A stretch of DNA of 64,000 nt, from positions 65,309 through 129,308 of the forward strand of contig MGTV01000029.1 in the NCBI GenBank assembly GCA_001799635.1. The letters run 5' to 3'. Positions 1 to 8,858 of the stretch are shown piece by piece. Within the stretch, counting starts at the first letter, position 1; each line of letters opens with the position of its first letter. The position numbers were made by a program, and so were the translations under genes. The stretch comes from Elusimicrobia bacterium GWA2_62_23 (lineage in GTDB: Bacteria; Elusimicrobiota; Elusimicrobia; Elusimicrobiales; UBA9959). Under the pieces are notes generated by a model. The model saw nothing but the letters and a program-made list of their open reading frames with translations. It was not told where the DNA came from and searched no databases.

Positions 1-1046
1 GCGGCTTCGGCGGAGGCCAGGTCCAGCGCTTCGCCGGCGGTGGAGAACTCCACGTAGAAAGAGGCGCAGCCCCGGGGGGACAGCTCGGCCGAGAAATTGC
101 TGGCCAGCCCGGCCCGGTAGAAGGGGAACTTGTCACCGGGGAAATAGCCCCAGTGCATGTCCGACTTCACGCCTTTCACGCCCAGGTTCAGCACATAGAC
201 CGTGTTGTGGCGCAGCGACGCCGCGGCCCGCCGCACGGCGGCCGGCGCGTCCTCGGCCATGAGGACGAAGTCCTTGAGCGGCGAGGTGTTGATGAGGCGC
301 TTGAAATATACGGGCCCGAAGTGCCGGACCATGGCCAGGCCTTTCTTCAGGTTCACGCTCTCCACTTCCAGCCCCAGGCGCAGGCCGGAGGAGCCCATGG
401 CCAGCGCGTTGGCGAGGGCCCCTATGCCGCCGCGCTTGGGATAGTGGAAGAAAGTGTTGTAGCCCAGGCCTTCGGCTTTGCGGCCGTAGGCGCCTTCTAT
501 CACTTCCTCCGGGCGCGGCAGGGGGACGAAAGGGGCGCACCATTCGGTGGTGAGGCGCTCGAGCGGGTAGCGCCAGAGCTTGGCGTTATAGGGCAGCATG
601 AAGTGGCGCGAAATGCCGTCGCCGAAGACACGCCGCGTCCAGCGGCTGAACACCTCGGAGCCGTCACCTGTGCCGCCGCCGGCGTTGTAGGCCTTCAGGA
701 AGCCGCTGACGCATTCGGCCTTGACCTTGTCGGGCATGCCGGAAAGATTGGCCTGGAAAGGGTACGGGGTCCAGCGGTTGTGCGCGAAAATGCGCGCGTC
801 GCGTTTGAGGCGGCGGCAATTGGAGCCCAGCGCGCCGAGGATGAGCCGGGAGGTGCGGGGCCAGCGCAGGTGCAGCAGGTGGCCGGAATAGTCGAAGTGA
901 AAGCCGCCTTTCTTCACCGTGGCGGCCAGGCCGCCGGGGCGGTTCTCGCGTTCGGCCACCAGGCAGCTCTTTTTACCTTCCAGGGCTTTGGCGGCCGAGA
1001 GGCCGGCGAGGCCCCCGCCTATTATCAGCACGTCGGTCTTAAGCAT
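1..1046 (-). CDS. FAD/NAD(P)-binding oxidoreductase (amine-oxidase / UDP-galactopyranose-mutase-like), partial; C-terminus lies outside the window
   Basis: The minus frame is open from the ATG at 1046-1044 to the window edge. It is absent from the ORF track because there is no stop in the window. My translation begins MLKTDVLIIGGGLAGLSAAKALEGKKSCLVAERENRPGGLAATVKKGGFHFDYSGHLLH, a GxGxxG Rossmann N-terminus. The ATG overlaps the stop of the upstream GT9 gene (ATGCTTAA). Confidence 0.75.
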   Translation of the reverse strand, partial: MLKTDVLIIGGGLAGLSAAKALEGKKSCLVAERENRPGGLAATVKKGGFHFDYSGHLLHLRWPRTSRLILGALGSNCRRLKRDARIFAHNRWTPYPFQANLSGMPDKVKAECVSGFLKAYNAGGGTGDGSEVFSRWTRRVFGDGISRHFMLPYNAKLWRYPLERLTTEWCAPFVPLPRPEEVIEGAYGRKAEGLGYNTFFHYPKRGGIGALANALAMGSSGLRLGLEVESVNLKKGLAMVRHFGPVYFKRLINTSPLKDFVLMAEDAPAAVRRAAASLRHNTVYVLNLGVKGVKSDMHWGYFPGDKFPFYRAGLASNFSAELSPRGCASFYVEFSTAGEALDLASAEA

Positions 1047-2118
1047 GGCTGTCCTGTTCTTTCATGGCTTTCTGCGCCGCGGCTTTGAGGCGCGGCAGGT
1101 CTATGGCGCGCAGGCACTCGCGGCCGCCGCATTTTATGCGCGGGCGGGTGCTGGCGTAGGGGTAATCGTAGCAGGGCGCGCAGGGCAGGGCCGGGGCCAC
1201 TACCAGGGCCCGCGCGCCGTAGGGGGCCGTCATGGCCGGGTTTGCCGGGCCGAAAACCGTCACCGACGCGACGCCGGCCGCGGCGGCCAGGTGGCCCAGG
1301 CCGGAATCCGTGTTGACGAAGAGCGCGCAGCGCTTTATGAGGGCGGCGGCCTGGTTCACCGAGGCGCCGCCGCAGACCTGGTGCGCGGCCCGGGCGTTGG
1401 CCAGCAGGGCGGCCGCGGCGTCTTTCTCGTCGGGGCCGCAGAAGACCAGGACTTTCGCCCGAAACTCGCCCGCGGCCCAGTCCGCGAATTCCGCCAGGGT
1501 TTTCAGGGTTTCCGGCGCCCAGGCTTTGTAGAGCTGCTGCGGGTTCACGGCCGGGTGCAGGGCTATCACCCTGGCGCCGGCCAAGCCGTTCTCTTTCAGG
1601 AAGTTATCGGCGAAAAGCTCGTCCTCAGGCGACGGCCACAGCGAGAGGTCTTTGGGGGCCGCGGGGTCCAGGCCCAGCCCGGCGAGCAGGTCCATGTTGT
1701 GTTCCAGCTCGTGTTTCGGCGGCGCCGCGGGCACGCGGCGGTTCTGCAGGAAGGCGAGCGTGGCCAGTGGCGCGTGGGCGTAGGCGTGGGTGACGCGCAG
1801 CGGCGTCCCGGTCCAGCGGGCGAGCAGGTTGTACCAGGGCCTGTTGGAGGGGAAAGTTGTTACAGCCGCGTCGAACTTCTCGCGCCGCAGCAGCCAGAGC
1901 AGTTTAAGTGTCTGCGGGATGAGCCCGGGGCCTGGCCGCCGGAAGCCTACCCTGATGGTCCGCACGAAAGGGCAGTTCTTCAGGAGTTCCTCGCAGGTCC
2001 GGTCCGGCACCAGTACGGTCAGTTGTGCTTCCGGCCACGCCCGGTTGATGGCGCGCAGCAGCGGCACCGCCATCAGCGTGTCGCCCAGACCTTTGAGGGA
2101 TATTACCAGTATCTTCAT
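1039..2118 (-). CDS. Glycosyltransferase family 9 (ADP-heptose:LPS heptosyltransferase-like)
   Basis: 359 aa. It has the MKILVISLKGLGDTLMAVPLL N-terminus and an NTDSGLGHLAAAAGV motif typical of RfaC/RfaF-type GT9 enzymes. Confidence 0.85.
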   Translation of the reverse strand: MKILVISLKGLGDTLMAVPLLRAINRAWPEAQLTVLVPDRTCEELLKNCPFVRTIRVGFRRPGPGLIPQTLKLLWLLRREKFDAAVTTFPSNRPWYNLLARWTGTPLRVTHAYAHAPLATLAFLQNRRVPAAPPKHELEHNMDLLAGLGLDPAAPKDLSLWPSPEDELFADNFLKENGLAGARVIALHPAVNPQQLYKAWAPETLKTLAEFADWAAGEFRAKVLVFCGPDEKDAAAALLANARAAHQVCGGASVNQAAALIKRCALFVNTDSGLGHLAAAAGVASVTVFGPANPAMTAPYGARALVVAPALPCAPCYDYPYASTRPRIKCGGRECLRAIDLPRLKAAAQKAMKEQDSHA

Positions 2119-2134
2119 CTTTTAGCGGGGAGGG

Positions 2135-4081
2135 TCAGCGGCCGCCGTCTGCCGGCTTGCTGGCCAGCACGGCGATGCGGCGCCTGGCCAGCGGCAGGTA
2201 GGGGATGAGCAGCCGCTCGAAGAACGAGAAGACCGGGATATGGGATTCGGCGTAATAGGCCTTCTGGGTTTCGAAGCCCAGCCTGGCCAGGCTGGCTTTC
2301 ATGCCTTCGAGGGTCTTGTAATCCACGTGGGAATGGTCCTTGGCCAGCAGGAAATCGTGTTCGCGCAGGATGGTGAGCAGGCCGTCGCGGCAGTCGGTCC
2401 AGATCACCAGGCGGCCGCCGGGCTTGAGCAGGCGGCGGCACTCTTCCAGCGTCTTCTCGAAGACCTCCGGGTAGAGGTGCTCCACCAGGTCGGCGCAGAT
2501 GATGGTGTCGTAGGCCCCGGCCTCCAGGCCGGTGGCGCTGGCGTCGGCGCGCAGGAAAGAAACGTTCTTGTACTCCGAGCCCTGGAAGGCCCGCTGGCAG
2601 ACTTCCACGCTCTTGGCGCTGTAATCCACGCCGGTGATTTCCTTTACGCGCGGGGCCAGGGCCTTTTCCAAAGTGCCCCAGCCGCAACCCAGGTCCAGCA
2701 CTTTCTCGTCCTTGCCGGGGGCGTAGATCTCGAGGATCTTGGAAAGGCGGTAGCGCTGGAAGAAGGTGTTGATGTCGGCCAGCTGCTTCACCGAGGCCTC
2801 GCTGGTGTAGTAGTCGCTCTCGTCGTAATACTTGCGCATCTCCTCCTGGCGCGAGAAGTCCTGCCCGGCCGCGGCCGCGCCGGGGGCGGACTTGCGGAAC
2901 AGGTCCAGCAGGGAGGCCAGCGCGAAGGCGGCGAACATTATGATGTACGGGTCGGCGGGCACCCGGTAGCGCAGGGTCACCACGAAGAACATGTGCACCA
3001 GCGTGTAGAGCACCAGCAGCCCGGCGAGCAGGGAGGTCTTTTTGAACGAGCGCAGGCCCAGCAGCATGCCGGCGAAGCACAGCGGGATATAGAGCCCGGA
3101 GGTGGCCATGGCCGCGTATTTCTGCCAGCGGTAGGCCATCATGGGGTACAGCCGCCAGAAATGTTTCACCCGCAGGTAGAGCAGGTAGGTGAACTGGTAG
3201 GGGTTATCGTTTATCCACTCCAGGGACTTCTCCTTGCAGTACTTGTCGCGCTCCGCGAGGGGTAGTTTGGAAACGTAGTCCCAGTTCTCGGGGGCTATTT
3301 GCGCCACCTGCGGCGAGTCCTGTTCGCCCATCATCTCCACCCTTATGGCGGCGTCGGAGCAGGAGCCGTAGAAGCTGTACCAGGGCGTGGAGACCGGCAT
3401 TACGTAGCCGCCCTCGGAGAAGTAGTTCCTCATGCTCCACGGCAATATGGCCAGCAGCGTGAAAACGCCGGCGAAGAAGCCGGCCCTGAACTTGCCGGTG
3501 CGCCACCACAGCCAGGCGCAGGCCAGCAGGAGAAAGGGCAGCACGGTGGATTTGGTGAGGGCGGTATAACCCATGACCAGGCCCGCGGCGGCGAGATTGG
3601 GCCAGGAAGGTTTTTCCGAAGCGCGGGCTATGAGGTACACCGCGGCCGCCAGGATGAAAGCCATGAAGGTCTCGCTCAGGCCGTCTCCGGCGTAGGCGAT
3701 GAGGTAGGGGTAGAAGCTCAGCAGGGCCGCGGTTATGCGGGCGGTGCGCAGGTTGAAGATTATTTTGGCGGTCAGGTAGGCCAGCAGCACGGTGGCCGTG
3801 CCCAGGAGCACGTTGGCGAACTTTACCGCCATTATGGACTTGCCGAAAGCCAGGGAGATCCCGGCCAGGTAGAAGATATAGCCGGGCGGCCGCCAGGAGC
3901 CGCCGAAACCTTCGCCGGCCGCCACGCGCCACCCGGTGGTCATCCAGTCCCAGGCGTCGGGGGAAAGGCCGCCGGTGCCGGTCTTGAGGACGAAAGCCAG
4001 GCGCAGCAGGGCGGAGAGGCCCAGCCAGAACAGCAGGAAGTTGCGCTCCCCGTCCAACCAGGCCAGGAACTTCTTTATCAT
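2135..4081 (-). CDS. Fusion protein: N-terminal GT-C membrane glycosyltransferase (GT39/83, ArnT/PMT_2-like) plus C-terminal class I SAM-dependent methyltransferase
   Basis: 648 aa. The first ~400 aa are polytopic and hydrophobic with an ArnT/PMT-like layout. The last ~230 aa are soluble and carry SAM motif I, VLDLGCGWG. There is a 4-nt overlap with the upstream GT2 gene. Confidence 0.8.
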   Translation of the reverse strand: MIKKFLAWLDGERNFLLFWLGLSALLRLAFVLKTGTGGLSPDAWDWMTTGWRVAAGEGFGGSWRPPGYIFYLAGISLAFGKSIMAVKFANVLLGTATVLLAYLTAKIIFNLRTARITAALLSFYPYLIAYAGDGLSETFMAFILAAAVYLIARASEKPSWPNLAAAGLVMGYTALTKSTVLPFLLLACAWLWWRTGKFRAGFFAGVFTLLAILPWSMRNYFSEGGYVMPVSTPWYSFYGSCSDAAIRVEMMGEQDSPQVAQIAPENWDYVSKLPLAERDKYCKEKSLEWINDNPYQFTYLLYLRVKHFWRLYPMMAYRWQKYAAMATSGLYIPLCFAGMLLGLRSFKKTSLLAGLLVLYTLVHMFFVVTLRYRVPADPYIIMFAAFALASLLDLFRKSAPGAAAAGQDFSRQEEMRKYYDESDYYTSEASVKQLADINTFFQRYRLSKILEIYAPGKDEKVLDLGCGWGTLEKALAPRVKEITGVDYSAKSVEVCQRAFQGSEYKNVSFLRADASATGLEAGAYDTIICADLVEHLYPEVFEKTLEECRRLLKPGGRLVIWTDCRDGLLTILREHDFLLAKDHSHVDYKTLEGMKASLARLGFETQKAYYAESHIPVFSFFERLLIPYLPLARRRIAVLASKPADGGR

Positions 4082-5037
4082 TTGCGGCCCTGCTCCATGT
4101 CGAACATCATGGCGAACAGCAGGAACTGCGTACCGGAGATCAGCATGAGCGCCACCAAAATGGAGCGCGGCGCCGTCACGGCCCAGCCGCCCAGGAAGAG
4201 CTTGTCATAGACCAGGTAGCCGCCGTAAACAAGCCCGGCGGGCAGCAGCAGGACGGCCAGGTAGTAGAAGAACACGAGCGGGTGGAAGTCCCGGTACATG
4301 TACTTGAAGTTGATGCGCCAGAAGAAGTCGCGCACCAGCATGGGCGAGACCTTCATGGCGTAGTTGAAGCCCTTGATCTGGCTCTGGCGTTCGCCGGGCA
4401 GGTAGACGGCGGTGCGGGGGATGTCTATGAGGCGCTGGCCGTAAGCGTTGAGGCGCACCAGGAAGTCCATGGGGTAGCCGTAGCCTTTCCAGGCGCGGCT
4501 CCAGTTGATGGTCTCAATGGCTTTCTTGGTGATGGCGGTGTAGCCGTCCACCACGTCCATGGTCTTGTAGTAGCCCGAGGAGATCTTGGTGAGCGCGGTA
4601 ATAAGCCAGTTGCCGAACAGGCGGATCTTGGGCATCTTGGCGAGGGTGTCTTCCAGCTTGGCGTCCAGGAAACGGTTGCCCTTGGCGTAGTCGGCCTTGC
4701 CGTCTATGAGCGGGTCCAGGAAGTGGGCGGCTTCCGTGAGCTGCATCTGGTTGTCGCCGCCTACCACCATGGCTATGTCATAGCCGTCGGCGGCGCTCTG
4801 CAGGTAGCCGGTGATGATGCCGCCGCCGGGGCCCTGGTTCTCTTTGTGGCGCAGCAGCGTCACGCGCGGGTCTTTCTTGGCGAATTCCAGCACCACTTCG
4901 GCCTGCTTGTCCGGGCTGCAGTCGTCCACCACATAGACCTTGTCTATCAGCGGCGGCACGCCCTGCAGGGTGTGCAGGATGAGCTTCTCTTCATTATAGG
5001 CCGGTATTACGAGCGAAATCTTTTTTTCTCGGTACAT
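4078..5037 (-). CDS. GT2 polyprenyl-phosphate glycosyltransferase (ArnC/GtrB/DPM1-like)
   Basis: 319 aa. It shows ISLVIPAYNEE and VVDDCSPD GT-A motifs plus two C-terminal TM helices, which is the ArnC/GtrB architecture. Confidence 0.85.
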   Translation of the reverse strand: MYREKKISLVIPAYNEEKLILHTLQGVPPLIDKVYVVDDCSPDKQAEVVLEFAKKDPRVTLLRHKENQGPGGGIITGYLQSAADGYDIAMVVGGDNQMQLTEAAHFLDPLIDGKADYAKGNRFLDAKLEDTLAKMPKIRLFGNWLITALTKISSGYYKTMDVVDGYTAITKKAIETINWSRAWKGYGYPMDFLVRLNAYGQRLIDIPRTAVYLPGERQSQIKGFNYAMKVSPMLVRDFFWRINFKYMYRDFHPLVFFYYLAVLLLPAGLVYGGYLVYDKLFLGGWAVTAPRSILVALMLISGTQFLLFAMMFDMEQGRK

Positions 5038-5094
5038 GTTCTCCCCTATTGATGTCTATATGATATCCTCTTTTGCCCCCGTTAGGCAAATTGC

Positions 5095-5212
5095 GGGGTC
5101 AGGTCTTGATTTTTAGCACAAGGCCGGTTGTTGACACTCCGGCCGGCCTATTCTAAACTATCGCTACGGGGGAACGGACCAAGCCGTACGCTAAAATTCA
5201 AGACCTGACCCC
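5095..5212. repeat. 118-nt hairpin-forming element with 23-bp terminal inverted repeats
   Basis: GGGGTCAGGTCTTGATTTTTAGC (5095-5117) pairs with GCTAAAATTCAAGACCTGACCCC (5190-5212) at 22 of 23 positions. Internal sub-hairpins are GGCCGG..CCGGCC and TACGG..CCGTA. Confidence 0.7.
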
Positions 5213-5228
5213 GTTCGGCCCTGACATT

Positions 5229-6038
5229 ATGAGAACAACTGTTTATGGTCCAATGCTCCTTCTGTGCTGTGCTTCTATCTGTTTGGCAAAAGTGGAAAGC
5301 TCTCAATGGAATCGTCTTATGCCTAATGGTATAGGTGATGTGTACCCTGGGATGCCTGTTCAGGAGTTGCTTTCAAAACGTCCCCGATTGGAGTCGGGTA
5401 CAAGATGTTGGGATTGTTTTGATTACCCAGGGTTCTTCTTGCTGTGTAAGTGGGTTAATGATCCCAATAACCCCAAAAAAATTGATATGAGCAAAAATGC
5501 TCGGGCAATCCCTGTGCATCATCTGAAGGAAAAAATTGGGATTCCTCTGTTTGAAACGATTCACTACTATTTTTCATCCCCGCTGATTTCATGGATCGAA
5601 ATCGAAGGTTTCGTGGATACGCGTAAGGAGATTGAGGAGTACCCGCAAAAAAGAGACGAGTTAATTGTTGACTTGTTGCGGAAATGGGGCGTTCCTGATG
5701 CGGCGCATGCGGGTGTATATTCTTACGACCGGTATCTCACTATTGAGATGGTGTGGCATATGCAAGGTGCCATGGTTGAATTGAAGCTGCCTTTGGAGGT
5801 GGAGGGGTATTTTAAAGCAAAATCGATGTCGGATAAATTGGCGGCAAGACTTTTTGGCGTGTATGGGGCCCCGGTGCTGTTGCGTATTACAGATGTGGAA
5901 CAAACAAAAGCAGCGCAGCGCAAGCGGAAGCCGACTTCGGGCGACTATCGGATAGCGGATGCTAAAGAGATTGAGAGTTTGCTTGGACGCACGACTTACT
6001 ATCGGACTTTGAGACAATCCATGGAGAAATCTGATTAG
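5229..6038 (+). CDS. Hypothetical secreted protein encoded on a low-GC island
   Basis: 269 aa with a hydrophobic N-terminal signal-like segment (MRTTVYGPMLLLCCASICLAKV). I recognise no family. Composition is clearly AT-richer than the flanks. Confidence 0.6.
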   Translation: MRTTVYGPMLLLCCASICLAKVESSQWNRLMPNGIGDVYPGMPVQELLSKRPRLESGTRCWDCFDYPGFFLLCKWVNDPNNPKKIDMSKNARAIPVHHLKEKIGIPLFETIHYYFSSPLISWIEIEGFVDTRKEIEEYPQKRDELIVDLLRKWGVPDAAHAGVYSYDRYLTIEMVWHMQGAMVELKLPLEVEGYFKAKSMSDKLAARLFGVYGAPVLLRITDVEQTKAAQRKRKPTSGDYRIADAKEIESLLGRTTYYRTLRQSMEKSD

Positions 6039-6127
6039 CAGGCTGTTGTGCGCTAGAGAGTCATGGCGGCCGGTGGCTTGGCGTGGAGAGGGGCGGAAGG
6101 ATAATGATAGAATAAGAGCTGTAATAT

Positions 6128-7204
6128 ATGGCCGACGATAAACGGGAACTTAAGGTAGCGCTGGTGGGGTGCGGGCGCATTGCGCAGCGGCATGCCGAGC
6201 TGCTGGGGCGCGGGCAGATAGCGGGGGCCGGGCTCGCCGCGGTCTGCGACATTGTGCCGGCCAAGGCGAAAGCGCTGGGCGAGAAATACGGCGTGCCGCA
6301 CTATACGGACATGCTGGAGATGATGGCGAAGACCCCGGCCGACGCCGTCTCCGTGCTGACCGAAAGCGGCAACCACGCCAGGCACGTGGTGGCCCTCTCC
6401 AAATTCAAGAAACACATCATAGTTGAAAAGCCCATGGCGCTCACGCTCGACGACGCGGACGCTATGATAAAGGCCTGTGCCGACGCGGGCGTGAAACTTT
6501 TTGTGGTGAAGCAGAACCGTTTCAATGTGCCGGTAGTAAAACTGCGCCGGGCCCTGGAGGCCGGGCGTTTCGGCAAGTTGGTGCTGGGCACCGTGCGGGT
6601 GCGCTGGTGCCGCGAACAGAACTATTACGACCAGGACAAGTGGCGCGGCACCTGGGCGCTGGATGGCGGCGTGCTCGCCAACCAGGCCAGCCACCACGTG
6701 GACCTGCTGGAATGGATGATGGGCGACGTGGAAGGCGTTTACGCCATGAGCGCCACCGCCCTGGTGAAAATTGAGACCGAAGATACCGCCGTGGTGAGCC
6801 TGCGCTTTCAGAACGGGGCGCTGGGCGTGATAGAGGCCACTACAGCCGCCCGCCCGAAGGACCTTGAAGGGTCCATCTCCATACTCGGCGAGAAAGGCGC
6901 GGTAGAGATAGGCGGCTTCGCCGTGAACCAGATGAAGACCTGGAATTTCAAGCAGCCCGAGCCCGGCGACGCCGAGGTGATGGCGAAATTCTCCGTGAAC
7001 CCGCCCGACGTGTACGGCTTCGGCCATAAGGCCTATTACGAGCACGTGGTGGACTGCGTGAACAACGACGCCAAGCAGCTGGTGGACGGGGCCGAAGGCC
7101 GCCGCAGCCTGGAGCTGATAGCCGGCATTTACGAATCCATTGAAACCAAGCGCGAGGTGAGCCTGCGCTCGCGCCCTAAGAAGACCCGCCTGGGGGGGAA
7201 CTGA
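6128..7204 (+). CDS. Gfo/Idh/MocA-family sugar-nucleotide oxidoreductase (WbpB/GnnA-like)
   Basis: 358 aa. LKVALVGCGRIAQRH is an N-terminal NAD Rossmann motif. It is first in a three-gene set with an acetyltransferase and a DegT aminotransferase. Confidence 0.85.
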   Translation: MADDKRELKVALVGCGRIAQRHAELLGRGQIAGAGLAAVCDIVPAKAKALGEKYGVPHYTDMLEMMAKTPADAVSVLTESGNHARHVVALSKFKKHIIVEKPMALTLDDADAMIKACADAGVKLFVVKQNRFNVPVVKLRRALEAGRFGKLVLGTVRVRWCREQNYYDQDKWRGTWALDGGVLANQASHHVDLLEWMMGDVEGVYAMSATALVKIETEDTAVVSLRFQNGALGVIEATTAARPKDLEGSISILGEKGAVEIGGFAVNQMKTWNFKQPEPGDAEVMAKFSVNPPDVYGFGHKAYYEHVVDCVNNDAKQLVDGAEGRRSLELIAGIYESIETKREVSLRSRPKKTRLGGN

Positions 7205-7674
7205 TGGGAAAGCCCGAAATAAAACTGGCCGGTATAGCCGACGTGAAGTTCGGAGAGGGCGTGAAGGTGGTGGGCCCCTCCAACCTTTACGGCTGCGAGA
7301 TCGGAGACAACACTTTTATAGGCCCTTTCGTGGAGATACAGAAGGGCGTCAGGATAGGTAAACGCTGCAAAGTGCAGTCGCACGCTTTCATCTGCGAAAT
7401 GGTGACGGTAGGCGACGATTGCTTCATCAGCCACGGCGTCATGTTCGTGAACGACAAGTTCGCCAAAGGCCGGCCGGCCGGAGGGGACAAGAACCTCTGG
7501 GCCGCCACCAAGATCGGGAATAACGTTTCCATAGGCTCCAACGCCACCATCCTGCCCGTCTCCATAGCCGACGGCACTGTTATAGGCGCCGGCGCCGTGG
7601 TCACGAAGGATATCAAGGAACCCGGAGTTTACGCCGGGAATCCCGCCCGCCGCTTAAAGGACCTGCCGAAATGA
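7204..7674 (+). CDS. Left-handed beta-helix (hexapeptide-repeat) N-acetyltransferase (WbpD-like)
   Basis: 156 aa with repeated [LIV]G-x4 hexapeptides (IGDNTFIGPFVEI, IGNNVSIGSNATI, IGAGAVV). Its start overlaps the stop of the upstream gene. Confidence 0.85.
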   Translation: MGKPEIKLAGIADVKFGEGVKVVGPSNLYGCEIGDNTFIGPFVEIQKGVRIGKRCKVQSHAFICEMVTVGDDCFISHGVMFVNDKFAKGRPAGGDKNLWAATKIGNNVSIGSNATILPVSIADGTVIGAGAVVTKDIKEPGVYAGNPARRLKDLPK

Positions 7675-8789
7675 GCAAACAGGTAAAAGTTCCCTTCGCC
7701 GACCTGCACGCCCAGTACCTCAATATAAAGAAAGAAATGGACGCCGCCATAGCCGGGGTCATAGGCTCCTCCGCTTTCATCCGCGGGCCCTATGTGGACG
7801 CTTTTGAAAAAGAATTCGCCGCGCTGATAGGCGCGCCGCATTGCGTGTCCGCCGCCAACGGCACCGACTCGCTCTATATAGCCATGCGGGCGCTGGGCGT
7901 GAAGCCGGGCGACGAAGTTATAGTGCCGGCGCATTCCTGGATAGCCACCAGCGAGACCGTGACGCAGGCCGGCGGCACCGTGGTGTTCTGCGATACCGAC
8001 GAGGATACTTTTACCATAGACCCCGCGCTGATAGAGGCCAAAATAACCCCGCGCACGGTCGGCATAATACCGGTGCATCTTTACGGGCAGGCCGCCGACA
8101 TGGGGCCCATAATGGAGACTGCGGCCCGGCACCGCCTCTGGGTGCTGGAAGACTGCGCGCAGGCGCACCTGGCGGCCTGGAACGGCCGCACCGTGGGCAC
8201 CTTCGGCGCGGCCGCCTCCTTCTCTTTTTACCCGGGCAAGAACCTGGGCGCCATGGGCGACGCCGGGGCGCTGGTAACGGCCGACGGCGTGCTGGCCGAG
8301 CGCATGGCCATGCTGGCCCGCCACGGCGGGCTGGTGAAGAACGAGCACCGCATCGAGGGCGTGAACAGCCGCCTGGACGGCCTGCAGGCCGCGGTGCTGT
8401 CGGTAAAAATGAAACATCTCAGGAAATGGACCGCCGAGCGCAGGAAACTCGCCGGCGTTTATGACCGGGAGCTGTCCGGTATAGAAGGTCTGGAGATACC
8501 GATAGTGGCCGGCGGCCGCGAGCACGTTTACCATATTTACGCCTTGCGCCATCAGCGCCGCGACGAGCTGAAGAAATTCCTGGCCGAGCGTGGCATAGAG
8601 ACGGTGATAAATTATCCGGTGGCCCTGCCTTTCCTGCCGGCCTACGCCCGCCTGGGCGCGCGGCCCGAGGATTTTCCTAATGCCTACAGGCACCAGTCCA
8701 CGGTGCTGTCGCTGCCGCTGTTCCCGGAGATGACCCCTGAACAGCAGGCCGCGGTGATAGACGCGGTAAAGACCTTCTGCCGCGGCTGA
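7671..8789 (+). CDS. DegT/DnrJ/EryC1/StrS-family PLP sugar aminotransferase (WbpE-like)
   Basis: 372 aa with ANGTDSLYIAMRALGV and SFYPGKNLGAMGDAGA (PLP-lysine region). There is a 4-nt overlap with the acetyltransferase gene. Confidence 0.9.
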   Translation: MSKQVKVPFADLHAQYLNIKKEMDAAIAGVIGSSAFIRGPYVDAFEKEFAALIGAPHCVSAANGTDSLYIAMRALGVKPGDEVIVPAHSWIATSETVTQAGGTVVFCDTDEDTFTIDPALIEAKITPRTVGIIPVHLYGQAADMGPIMETAARHRLWVLEDCAQAHLAAWNGRTVGTFGAAASFSFYPGKNLGAMGDAGALVTADGVLAERMAMLARHGGLVKNEHRIEGVNSRLDGLQAAVLSVKMKHLRKWTAERRKLAGVYDRELSGIEGLEIPIVAGGREHVYHIYALRHQRRDELKKFLAERGIETVINYPVALPFLPAYARLGARPEDFPNAYRHQSTVLSLPLFPEMTPEQQAAVIDAVKTFCRG

Positions 8790-8805
8790 CTCCGGGCGGC
8801 AGGAT

Positions 8806-8845
8806 AAAGAAGAAGGGCCGGTCCGTACCGGCCCTTCTTCTTTTA
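8806..8845. terminator. Hairpin terminator between convergent genes
   Basis: A perfect 16-bp stem, AAAGAAGAAGGGCCGG (8806-8821) / CCGGCCCTTCTTCTTT (8828-8843), with a 6-nt loop and a T-rich 3' side. Confidence 0.6.
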
Positions 8846-8858
8846 CTTGTCAGGAGCG

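Noticed and set aside
153-2208. Long + strand ORFs 153..1088 (311 aa) and 919..2208 (429 aa)
   Set aside because: They have Arg/Gly/Ala/Pro/Val-rich, domain-less translations typical of shadow frames in GC-rich DNA. The opposite strand encodes a convincing flavoenzyme N-terminus and a GT9 heptosyltransferase.
5038-6060. Classical mobile element (IS, integron cassette or prophage remnant) for the low-GC island
   Set aside because: I found no transposase, integrase, attC-like site, direct-repeat flanks or tRNA. Only compositional evidence and one hairpin element exist, so it is reported as an island, not a mobile_element feature.
6128-8789. Oxidoreductase / acetyltransferase / aminotransferase trio as a novel pathway
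   Set aside because: The combination matches the established WbpB/WbpD/WbpE-type route to 3-acetamido sugars (or GnnA/GnnB-like chemistry), so it is an ordinary component of envelope-glycan loci.
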